NCBI GenBank assembly: GCA_030754595.1 | Contig: JASLZZ010000122.1 | Span: forward strand, 1-49,779 | Source: Nitrospinota bacterium | GTDB lineage: Bacteria > UBA8248 | Reading direction: 5' to 3' | Length of the DNA stretch: 49,779 bases | Shown here: piece by piece, positions 41,770 to 49,779 of the stretch | How the letters are laid out: each line of letters begins with the position of its first letter | Position numbering within the stretch: the first letter of the stretch is position 1 | Position numbers and translations under genes: made by a program | The notes under the pieces: generated by a model | Told to the model about the DNA's origin: nothing | Seen by the model: only the letters and a program-made list of their open reading frames with translations | The model's database searches: none

Positions 41770-42678
41770 TCAGATCCGGTCGAACGAAGCCAAGTCGCTG
41801 AACTGGCGGTAGCGCGTCTCGATCTCGGTCTGGGTGAGTACTCTGAGCCGATCGTAGCTGAAAGACTCCACGTTGAACGAGGCCATCACGCTGCCAAAAA
41901 TCACTGCCCGGCGTAGCGAGGCATCGCTCATATCCTCTTCTGACGAGAGATAGCCCATGAACCCTCCCGCGAAGGTATCCCCCGCCCCGGTCGGGTCGTA
42001 GATGTCCTCAAGAAGAAGGCCGGGGGCCGAAAAAACCGAATCTTCCTGAATCAAGAGCGCCCCGTACTCACCCTGCTTGACAACGAGGGTGCTGGGGCCC
42101 ATCTCGATGATCTTGCGCGAGGCCTTCAGGACGTTGGACTCGCCCGCCAGCTCACGGACCTCGCCCTCGTTAATCACTACCATGTCCACCATGCCGAAGG
42201 TCTTGACCAACTCATCGCGCTTTCCCTCGATCCAAAAGTTCATCGTGTCACAGGCGACCAACCGGGGGGATTTCACCTGCTCCACCACCGAGGCTTGGAG
42301 TTCGGGATCGATATTGGCGAGAAACACATATTCACTCTCGCTGAAGGCATCAGGGACCTGGGGCCGGAAATCCTGGAAAACATTGAGCTGGGTGTCGAGT
42401 GTGCGGGCCGTGTTTAGGTCGAAGCCGTACTCCCCTTTCCACTTGAACGTCTCGCCCTCGCTCCGCTCAAGCCCGGCGAGATCCACCGAGCGCTCGGCGA
42501 GAAAATCGAGTTCGCTCTGGGGGAAGTCGCTCCCAACAATGGCGACGAGGCGAACCTCGGTGAAGTAGCTCGCCGAAACCGAAAAATAGGTGGCTGACCC
42601 GCCAATCGCGCCCTCGCGCTCGCCGAAGGGCGTCTTGACCGAATCAAACGCCATGGAACCAACTACGAGAAGACTCAT
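41770..42678 (-). CDS. PfkB-family carbohydrate/nucleoside kinase
   Basis: [25 protein letters not shown]. Confidence 0.93.
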   Translation of the reverse strand: MSLLVVGSMAFDSVKTPFGEREGAIGGSATYFSVSASYFTEVRLVAIVGSDFPQSELDFLAERSVDLAGLERSEGETFKWKGEYGFDLNTARTLDTQLNVFQDFRPQVPDAFSESEYVFLANIDPELQASVVEQVKSPRLVACDTMNFWIEGKRDELVKTFGMVDMVVINEGEVRELAGESNVLKASRKIIEMGPSTLVVKQGEYGALLIQEDSVFSAPGLLLEDIYDPTGAGDTFAGGFMGYLSSEEDMSDASLRRAVIFGSVMASFNVESFSYDRLRVLTQTEIETRYRQFSDLASFDRI

Positions 42679-42953
42679 CTATGTTCTCTCCATCTCCATG
42701 ATAAGGACTGTGAACTACACTTCGCCGGACGGGGATGCACTTTACTCTATGCGCCTCGCCGAAAAAAGGGTTGGACAAATCTCCCGGATACTCTACGATT
42801 GAACTGCTCCGGGCGGACCTGCCCGGACCCGAATCAAATCCTGCCACTATTTTGTTTCCCTGCGATTTTCGATATTCTGGACAGCCTTACCGGCGCGAAA
42901 CCGGGTAAGTGCCGCCAAGAACGGCGGCGCGCGCCCCGCGGAGGAACCAGGGA

Positions 42954-44066
42954 ATGAGCGGCACGAAAGCCGAAACATCCGGTAGCCCCGTCACTCGAGA
43001 GGATCTCGCCCGTCTCGACTATTTCGAGGATCTGCGGGATCGCTACCTCTCCATCGAAAGCCTCGACGCCCGGTGGCACCCCATCGACCAGGCCGATCTT
43101 ACCTCTGATCGCGACACCTGCATGCGCATCCATCACCTGATCTCACTCACGCGGTCGGTCGAGGAAACGCTCGACTCCGCCTTTCGATCAGGCCACGTAC
43201 CGGGAACCGCGTTTTTCGGCCGGGGCAACGAGGCAGCGAGCGTGGCGAGCGCCGCCTGCCTCGACGATGAGGAGTGGCTCATTCCCATGCACCGAAACTG
43301 TGGGGCCCACATCGCCAAGGGACACCCCCCGGTCAGCATCATGGCCCATTTTTTTGGGCGCGCGGGGGGGCCCTCATCCGGACGCGACGGCAATTTCCAC
43401 ATGGGCTACCGCCCGAGGAAAATTACACAGCTCATCAGCCATATCGGCACCATGGTCCCCATCGCGGCCGGGGTCGCCTGGGCCGAAAAACTCCGGGGCC
43501 AGGGGCGCGCCGCTCTCACCTACATCGGCGACGGCGGCACGAGCGCGGGCGATGTTCACGAGGGGATGAACTTCGCGACAGTTCAAAAACTCCCTCTCGT
43601 CATAATCATCGATAATAACCAGTACGCCTATAAAACGCTTCTCAAAGAGCAGTTCGCCTGTGAGTCGCTCGTCCTCCGGGCGCCGGGATACGGAATGCCC
43701 GGATATCTGGTCGACGGAACCAACGCCCTGCTCATGCACAAAATCTGCGGCGAGGCGCTCGAGCGCGCCCGCGCGGGCGAGGGACCCACCCTCATCGAAA
43801 GCGTCACCATCCGTGCCGTGGGCCACTCGGTCTACGACAAGTACTCCGACTACGTTGACATGGAGCTGCTCAACCGCTGGAACGAGGAGCGCGATCCGGT
43901 CAAGCGACTCGACGCGTACCTCCTCGCCGGCGGCATCGCGACCGAAGACGAAATTGGAGAATCCCATGTGCGCGCCAGAAAAGAAGCCGAGGAGGCGCGC
44001 GAAGAAGCGCTGAAAATGCCCTTCCCCGATCCGGAGAAGGTGGAGGACGACGTTTATGCGCCCTGA
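42954..44066 (+). CDS. 2-oxoacid dehydrogenase E1 alpha subunit
   Basis: GRDGNFH, GDGG...NN ThDP motif, GEGPTLIE, RAVGHS. Confidence 0.92.
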   Translation: MSGTKAETSGSPVTREDLARLDYFEDLRDRYLSIESLDARWHPIDQADLTSDRDTCMRIHHLISLTRSVEETLDSAFRSGHVPGTAFFGRGNEAASVASAACLDDEEWLIPMHRNCGAHIAKGHPPVSIMAHFFGRAGGPSSGRDGNFHMGYRPRKITQLISHIGTMVPIAAGVAWAEKLRGQGRAALTYIGDGGTSAGDVHEGMNFATVQKLPLVIIIDNNQYAYKTLLKEQFACESLVLRAPGYGMPGYLVDGTNALLMHKICGEALERARAGEGPTLIESVTIRAVGHSVYDKYSDYVDMELLNRWNEERDPVKRLDAYLLAGGIATEDEIGESHVRARKEAEEAREEALKMPFPDPEKVEDDVYAP

Positions 44067-44090
44067 AGGGTTTTGCAGGGGCAGGAGACC

Positions 44091-45089
44091 ATGAGCCAAA
44101 TAACTTACCGAGAGGCCATTAGCACCGCCCTGTGGGAGGAGATGGAGCGCGACGAGACTATCCTCCTCGTAGGGGAGGATATCGGTCTCGGCGGCGGCGC
44201 CTTCTATATCACCAAAGGCTTTCAGGAGCGCTTCGGACGTGGCCGTGTGGTGGACGCCCCTCTCAGCGAAGCCGGCTTCACCGGGGCGGCCATCGGTGCC
44301 GCCCTGAACGGAATGCGGCCAGTCGTCGAGTTCCAGTTCGCAGACTTCGTGACCGAGTCTTATAAAATGATAGTCGATTTCGCCGCCGGAAATCACTACC
44401 GCCAGATGGGACCGGTGCCCATCGTCTTTCGACTTCCGGCGGCGGCGCTCACGAGCGCGGGCCCATTTCACAGCCAGAACCCCGAGCCCTGGTTCTTCGG
44501 CGCACCGGGCCTCAAGATTGCCGCGCCCGCCACCGCCTACGACGCCAAGGGAATGATGAAAACCGCCATCCGGGACAACAATCCCGTCCTCTTCCTCGAG
44601 TATAAGAAACTCTATAACTATCCGATCGACGACCTGCCCGAGGCCCTCCGGCCCGACGTTCCCGAAAGGGACTACACTGTCTCATTCGGCGAGGCGCGGG
44701 TGCTCCGCGAGGGAAGCGACATTTCCCTCATCACCTTCGGCACGAGCGTCATCGACGCCCTCGAGGCGGCGGTGATTCTGGGAGCCGAGGGAGTCGAGGT
44801 CGAGGTGATCGATATGCGCACCATTCTTCCCTTCGATAAAAAAGCGATTCTCGACTCAGTAGAAAAGACGGGAAAGCTCCTCATCCTCCACGAAGCACGG
44901 CTCCGGGGAGGGGTAGCGGGAGAGTTCGCCTCGATCGTGGCCGAGGAGGCCTTTGAGTCGCTCGACGCCCCAATCCGGCGGTTGGGTGGGCTCGACACTC
45001 CGGTTCCGATGAGCCCGCCCCTCGAAAAAGCGTATCTGCCCGGAACCGAAAAGGTGGCCGCCGCGCTGAGAGAGCTGGCCGCCTACTAA
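44091..45089 (+). CDS. 2-oxoacid dehydrogenase E1 beta subunit
   Basis: GEDIG, DAPLSE, PVVEFQFADF, HSQ, SVEKTG. Confidence 0.94.
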   Translation: MSQITYREAISTALWEEMERDETILLVGEDIGLGGGAFYITKGFQERFGRGRVVDAPLSEAGFTGAAIGAALNGMRPVVEFQFADFVTESYKMIVDFAAGNHYRQMGPVPIVFRLPAAALTSAGPFHSQNPEPWFFGAPGLKIAAPATAYDAKGMMKTAIRDNNPVLFLEYKKLYNYPIDDLPEALRPDVPERDYTVSFGEARVLREGSDISLITFGTSVIDALEAAVILGAEGVEVEVIDMRTILPFDKKAILDSVEKTGKLLILHEARLRGGVAGEFASIVAEEAFESLDAPIRRLGGLDTPVPMSPPLEKAYLPGTEKVAAALRELAAY

Positions 45090-45161
45090 GACGTCGGGCG
45101 GGAATCGTTCCCGGCTTCATTGTTTTTTATCTGTCCGGGAATCTTCATCTGGAGGACAGCC

Positions 45162-46484
45162 ATGCACCAGGCGAACGTGAGAATGCCCCAGATGGGCAGC
45201 AGCGTTCACGAGAGCACTGTCGTTGAGTGGAAAAAATCGGTGGGCGACCGGGTGCAAAAAGGCGATCCGTTACTTTCTGCCGAGAGTGATAAGGTCGAAT
45301 TCGAGATCGAATCGCCAGCTAACGGGGTGGTCAAGGAAATTCTAGTGGTTCCGGACACCACCGTTCCAGTCGGAGAGATATTAGCCATCCTCGAAACCGA
45401 GGAGGAAATCTCAGAGGAGGCGCAGGAAGCGCCTCAGCCCTCGGGCCCGCCGAAGGCAACCGTGTGGGTGGCACCCGTCGCCCCGATCCGGCGCGAAAAG
45501 CCCGGACCGGCGGCAACGGCCGCACCCCCGCCGCCCTCACCGCTATTTCGGCGAACCGTCCCGGACACCGCCGTTGGTAGTCTGCTCTCCCCCCGCGTCC
45601 AGCGGCTAGCCGCCCAGCACGGGATCGATCTCGGCGTGCTCTCCCGGATTCAGGGATCCGGGGCCGGTGGCCGTCTCACGGCGCGCGACCTTGAGCGCTT
45701 CATTTCCGAAGGCGTCGAGGGCGAGCCTCCGTCCGTCTCGCTTTTGTTCTCGCCCATCACCCAGGACCCGGAAGAGACGCTCGAGTCGCGGGAACCCTTC
45801 AATCGCCTCCGGAGGCGAATCGCCGAGAATCTGACGCGCTCGGTGCGCGAAATTCCCCAGGTGACAACTTTCCTCGAAATCGACATGAGCCGCGTCGCCG
45901 CCTGGCGCGACGCCAACAAGGATGAATTTCGAAAGACCCACGAAAACACGCTCACCTTTACACCCTTTTTCGCCCTCGCCATAATCGCGGCACTACGGGA
46001 CCCCGAAAACGCGCGCCTTAACGGAGCCTGCGAGGATGGAACCCTCATCATCAAGCGCTATGTCAATCTCGGCGTCGCCGTGGACATACCCGGGGGCCTC
46101 ATGGTCCCAGTCCTCGCCGGGGCCGACGGCCTGGGCTTCGTGGACCTCGCCCTGCGGCTGTCCGATCTCTCAGAGCGCGTCCGCTCGGGAACATTGGAGC
46201 CCGATGAGGTAAGAGGAGGAACCATCACCCTGACCAACTTCGGCGCCTCGGGCGCGATTTTTGGAAACCCGATCATCAACCCCCCCGAGGTCGCCATCGT
46301 CGGCGCCGGAGCCGTCGCCCCCCGTGCGGTGGCGCTTCCGGGCGGCGGAGTCGGGGTCAGGCCCACCATGGGCCTATCCATCACGTTTGATCACCGCGCC
46401 AACGATGGAATGGCCGCGGGACGCTTCGCCGCCTCGATTAGGGCGGCGCTCGAAGGAATGGACCTCTCTCAACTGGAGTACTAA
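45162..46484 (+). CDS. Dihydrolipoamide acyltransferase E2
   Basis: Lipoyl ESDKV, SPRV..GSG.GGRL subunit-binding motif, PIINPP, FDHR. Confidence 0.93.
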   Translation: MHQANVRMPQMGSSVHESTVVEWKKSVGDRVQKGDPLLSAESDKVEFEIESPANGVVKEILVVPDTTVPVGEILAILETEEEISEEAQEAPQPSGPPKATVWVAPVAPIRREKPGPAATAAPPPPSPLFRRTVPDTAVGSLLSPRVQRLAAQHGIDLGVLSRIQGSGAGGRLTARDLERFISEGVEGEPPSVSLLFSPITQDPEETLESREPFNRLRRRIAENLTRSVREIPQVTTFLEIDMSRVAAWRDANKDEFRKTHENTLTFTPFFALAIIAALRDPENARLNGACEDGTLIIKRYVNLGVAVDIPGGLMVPVLAGADGLGFVDLALRLSDLSERVRSGTLEPDEVRGGTITLTNFGASGAIFGNPIINPPEVAIVGAGAVAPRAVALPGGGVGVRPTMGLSITFDHRANDGMAAGRFAASIRAALEGMDLSQLEY

Positions 46485-46490
46485 ACCGAC

Positions 46491-47411
46491 ATGGCAAGAC
46501 CCGACGCTACGACACCGCTTAGATCCCTACTCTTCACTCCCGGCAGTAACGAGAAAATGCTCTCCAAGGCCGCCACCTCGGGGGCCGACGCCGCCCTTTT
46601 CGATTTAGAGGACGCCGTCGCGCCCGACATGAAGGAAAAGGCCCGTCCGATGGTGCTACAGGCCATCAAGGAAACCGCTGCAGCGAAGAGCGGGCCGCCG
46701 GTCATCACCGTCCGCGTGAACGATGTGACGACAGGTCTCCTCGAGGGCGATCTCGAGGGGATCGTCTGCCCGGATCTCGACGCCATCAAGCTGGCGATGA
46801 CAAACTCGGCCGCCGACATCCGGGCAGCAGACGCGATCCTCACCCGCCTCGAAGGAGAACGCGGCCTCGAGGCCGACTCGGTGGGCATCATCGCCCTCAT
46901 CGAAACCGCGGAGGGCCTCTACAACTGCCATGACATTTGCACCGCCGCGAAGCGCGTCGTGGGTATCGGCATCGGAAGCGCCGAGGGCGGCGATTTGAGC
47001 AACTCCCTGGGCTGCGAGTGGTCGCCGGACGGCCGGACGCTTCTTTATGCGCGGAGCAAGGCGCTGGCCGACGCGCGGGCGACGGGTGTTCCCTTCCCGA
47101 CGGACGGGCCTTTCACCCGCTTCAAGGATCCGGATGGCTGCCGCGCCGACGCCATCGCCGCCCGCCAACTCGGCTACGTGGGCAAGGCGGCGATCCACCC
47201 GAATCAGGTGGCAATCCTGAACGAGGTCTTCTCGCCCGATTCGGATCGAGTGGCCTATCTGCGCGAGATGATCGAGGTCTACTACGAGGCCGAGCGCGCC
47301 GGGGCGGGCGCCGTCTCCTTCAACGGACGGATGATCGACATCGCCATGGTCAAGGACGGCGAGCGCGTCCTTGCATTCGCCGACGCCATCGCCGCCCGGA
47401 ACGCCGGGTAG
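46491..47411 (+). CDS. CitE/malyl-CoA lyase-like CoA-ester lyase
   Basis: RSLLFTPG, DLEDAV, VRVN, IETAEG, GKAAIHPNQ, GRMID. Confidence 0.9.
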   Translation: MARPDATTPLRSLLFTPGSNEKMLSKAATSGADAALFDLEDAVAPDMKEKARPMVLQAIKETAAAKSGPPVITVRVNDVTTGLLEGDLEGIVCPDLDAIKLAMTNSAADIRAADAILTRLEGERGLEADSVGIIALIETAEGLYNCHDICTAAKRVVGIGIGSAEGGDLSNSLGCEWSPDGRTLLYARSKALADARATGVPFPTDGPFTRFKDPDGCRADAIAARQLGYVGKAAIHPNQVAILNEVFSPDSDRVAYLREMIEVYYEAERAGAGAVSFNGRMIDIAMVKDGERVLAFADAIAARNAG

Positions 47412-47433
47412 CGCTAAACTGAATCGACCGAAC

Positions 47434-47476
47434 AAAAGCGGGCCGCTCTTCGGCGTGGGAGCGGCCCGCTTTTTTT
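47434..47476. terminator. Bidirectional intrinsic terminator between the convergent CitE-like gene and pepA
   Basis: AAAAGCGGGCCGCTC...GAGCGGCCCGCTTTTTTT. Confidence 0.85.
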
Positions 47477-47498
47477 GGCGCCCTATCTCATTTATGCC

Positions 47499-49037
47499 CT
47501 ACTTCGTCCCGAACGCTTTTCCCTTTTGCTTGGGCAGCCGCTTCCAGTTCATAGCCAGCCCGGCGAGAATACGCACGCCCACACCCGTTCCGCCAACCGG
47601 GCGGTAGGGCTCGCTCTTGGAAGTATGGGAGGGGCCTGCGATGTCCAGATGAACCCAGGGGGTTCCCTCGGCAAAGTGCTGGAGAAAAGCGGCGGCCGAG
47701 TTCGCCCCGCCCCATCTCTGGCCTGAAATGTTGCACAGGTCGGCCAAGGTTCCCTTCATCATTTCGCCGAATTCGGGAAGCAGCGGCATGTGCCAGACAC
47801 GGTCGCCGGTCTCCTCCCCAAACTGCCGGACGCGCGAAATCAGTTCGTCGTGGGTCCCGTACATTCCAGTGATTTTCTTGCCGAGCGCGACCATGCAGGC
47901 ACCGGTCAGCGTCGCGAGATCGATCATGCACTGAGGCTTATACTTCGTCTTGGTATAGTGAAGGGCATCGGCCAGAACGAGGCGGCCCTCCGCGTCGGTG
48001 TTGTGAATCTCGATGGTCGTCCCGCTCATGGCCTTCACGATATCGCCGGGGCGAGTGGCATCGCCGTCCACCATGTTCTCGGCCAAGACGGCCACTCCGA
48101 CCACCGGGACAGCCGGCTTGATCCTCGCGACGGCCATCATCGCCCCAAAGACGGCGGCCGCGCCGCTCATGTCGGTGGTCATGAGCTCCATCCCGCCGCT
48201 CGGCTTGATGGAGATGCCGCCCGTATCGAAAGTAACTCCCTTTCCGACAAAGGCGATGGGCCTGGCCTTCGAGCCCCGCGGGCGGTACTCGAAAGCGACG
48301 AGACGGGGCGGGGCCGAACTCCCCCGGCCAACCGCGAGTAGCGCTCCCATCTTGAGCTTCTGGGCCTGCCTGTGGTCCAACACCGTGCACCGAAGGCCCT
48401 CGCGACGGGCCATCCGCCGCGCTTCGGCCGCCAAAACCGGTGGCCGCTTCTCGTTGCTGGCCGTGTTAATCAAATCGCGGGCGTAGGCGGTTCCGTCCGC
48501 CAGCGCTTTTCCGGTCCTGACGCCTTTCCGGAGTGCGGTCAACGACACTCTCCCGCCGCAGAGGACGGCCTGGGAGATTTCCTTTTCTCCTTTCGGATCT
48601 TTTTTCTTGTATTTTTCCATCCGGTAGAGACCCAGTGCAACGCCCTCTGTTGCGCACTGCCCCGCCAGGGCTGGGTCCATCAATCCGTCCCACACCACAT
48701 CGACGAGAGAAAGAGCAATTCGCTCCGCCCCCTCCGAGCGGGCGCGGAGCGCGCCCGAGGCACAGGCCCGCCGGACCCTCTCGGCGTCCAACTCCTTGGC
48801 GTTACCCAGCCCGGCGAGAACCACGAAACCGGCCCGGACCGCTTTCTTCCCCTGGGGAACGGCCACCGATGCGATCTGGCCCACTTTTCCCTCGAATACC
48901 TTTCTGCGCTTGAGCGAGGTCAACGCCCCAGCCAAGGCCTTGTCGAGGCGATCGTGCCAAAATTTTTCATCCACCAGAAATACCAAGGCATCCGTCTTTT
49001 GATCGAACCCGTTGCCCGCGGCGACCGAAAATCGCAT
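47499..49037 (-). CDS. pepA: Leucyl aminopeptidase (M17)
   Basis: GKGVTFDTGG, DMSGAA, NTDAEGRL, ATLTGA, HLDIAG. Confidence 0.96.
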   Translation of the reverse strand: MRFSVAAGNGFDQKTDALVFLVDEKFWHDRLDKALAGALTSLKRRKVFEGKVGQIASVAVPQGKKAVRAGFVVLAGLGNAKELDAERVRRACASGALRARSEGAERIALSLVDVVWDGLMDPALAGQCATEGVALGLYRMEKYKKKDPKGEKEISQAVLCGGRVSLTALRKGVRTGKALADGTAYARDLINTASNEKRPPVLAAEARRMARREGLRCTVLDHRQAQKLKMGALLAVGRGSSAPPRLVAFEYRPRGSKARPIAFVGKGVTFDTGGISIKPSGGMELMTTDMSGAAAVFGAMMAVARIKPAVPVVGVAVLAENMVDGDATRPGDIVKAMSGTTIEIHNTDAEGRLVLADALHYTKTKYKPQCMIDLATLTGACMVALGKKITGMYGTHDELISRVRQFGEETGDRVWHMPLLPEFGEMMKGTLADLCNISGQRWGGANSAAAFLQHFAEGTPWVHLDIAGPSHTSKSEPYRPVGGTGVGVRILAGLAMNWKRLPKQKGKAFGTK

Positions 49038-49320
49038 TCATCCCCTCCTTATCAGGTATATCGTCAGAGGCGAACTATCACCCCTTGCACATTTTAAAAA
49101 CCGTTATCCTTTCGAAGCGAGCCTGGAGTCTAGCCGAACTGCCATCGGCCCGCCAACTTGAGCGCCGCCGAAAGCGCCAGCTTCGGGAGGGGTGAGCGAA
49201 AAGCGGGAACGAAAGCCCCCTCGTCGCCGGGCGTTTCCTCAATGGCCATAATGTGAAACTTTAGAGGACTAGCAGAGTGTATCGCTTGGTATGCCTAGAA
49301 AGTTGCCTTCGGGCGGGTCG

Positions 49321-49533
49321 TTACTTTAACAAAACTTTAACATTTCCCTTTTTTGAGGTTTGGTCCGCCTCCTCTTTTTTTATCGGAACGCCGCCGAGCC
49401 CAGCAAAATGATCCCTGACCTTCTCCGCATCGTTATCCATTCGATGGGCACAAAGGTCCATCGTAATTTTTATGTTGCTGTGGCCCATCCACTCGGAGAT
49501 CGTTTTCATATCAATTCCCCGGTCCGCGTAAAT
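49321..49533 (-). pseudogene. Tyrosine recombinase/integrase C-terminal remnant, truncated by an IS
   Basis: IYADRGIDMKTISEWMGHSNIKITMDLCAH is a box II motif, with Cys at the position of the catalytic Tyr. Confidence 0.75.
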
Positions 49534-49619
49534 TGATCCTCCCCCTCCAAATCGGTCCATGCTGAATGAGAGGATTTTAGATACTCTTTCGGTGTGACCG
49601 CCCAATTTGGGGGGATGTA
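49534..49619 (+). mobile_element. Left end of an IS3-family (IS407-like) element, interrupted by a related IS
   Basis: TGATCCTCCCCCTCCAAATCGGTCCA...; 86-bp diverged copy of the element end at 49620. Confidence 0.7.
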
Positions 49620-49779
49620 TGACCTGCCCCCTCCAAACCGGTCCATGTTGGATGAGAGGATTTTCGGTACTCTTTCGGCATGACCGCCCGAATCGAGGGG
49701 ATTTTTCATGTCCAGGAAGCGTCATACGCCTGAGCAGATTATCGGCAAGTTAAGAGAAGCCGAGGTCCTGCTCTCTCAG
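49620..49779 (+). mobile_element. IS3-family (IS407-like) element left end; OrfA begins at 49708 and runs off the window
   Basis: TGACCTGCCCCCTCCAAACCGGTCCA end; MSRKRHTPEQIIGKLREAEVLLSQ. Confidence 0.88.

Noticed and set aside
49040..49320. tRNA/tmRNA attachment site beside the integrase remnant
   Set aside because: No T-loop/CCA signature found on either strand.

Overview
GC-rich bacterial chromosomal segment, bounded at both ends by insertion-sequence fragments (IS481-family right end at the start, two stacked IS3/IS407-like left ends at the end). It mixes housekeeping genes (tkt, eno, nrdR, rpiB, rsfS, nadD, proB, obgE, rpmA, rplU, arfB, mnmA, leuA, rsmD, pepA) with catabolic genes (hydantoinase/oxoprolinase A+B, three SDRs, two MmgE/PrpD, 2-oxoacid dehydrogenase E1a/E1b/E2, CitE-like lyase). 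A small lower-GC islet (DUF4258/MqsA-like toxin-antitoxin pair, DUF4238) lies behind a decayed tRNA-Pro. Main observation: three genes that the ORF track splits or truncates each carry an in-frame TGA exactly where a Cys is expected, followed by a short hairpin at bacterial-SECIS distance. These are an AhpD-like CxxU protein (a known selenoprotein type) and, in one operon, a family-I CoA-transferase-fold alpha subunit (EHA-U, residue 102, colinear with EHA-C102 of its paralogue in the same operon) and a YccU-type CoA-binding protein (MDL-U-IMVEH). The beta subunit of that operon appears to lack the canonical catalytic Glu, suggesting a candidate selenium-dependent CoA-thioester enzyme system. 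No selA/B/C/D is in the window, so Sec decoding is inferred, not shown. Two in-frame TAGs and one frameshift elsewhere show there is also background gene disruption or sequencing error.
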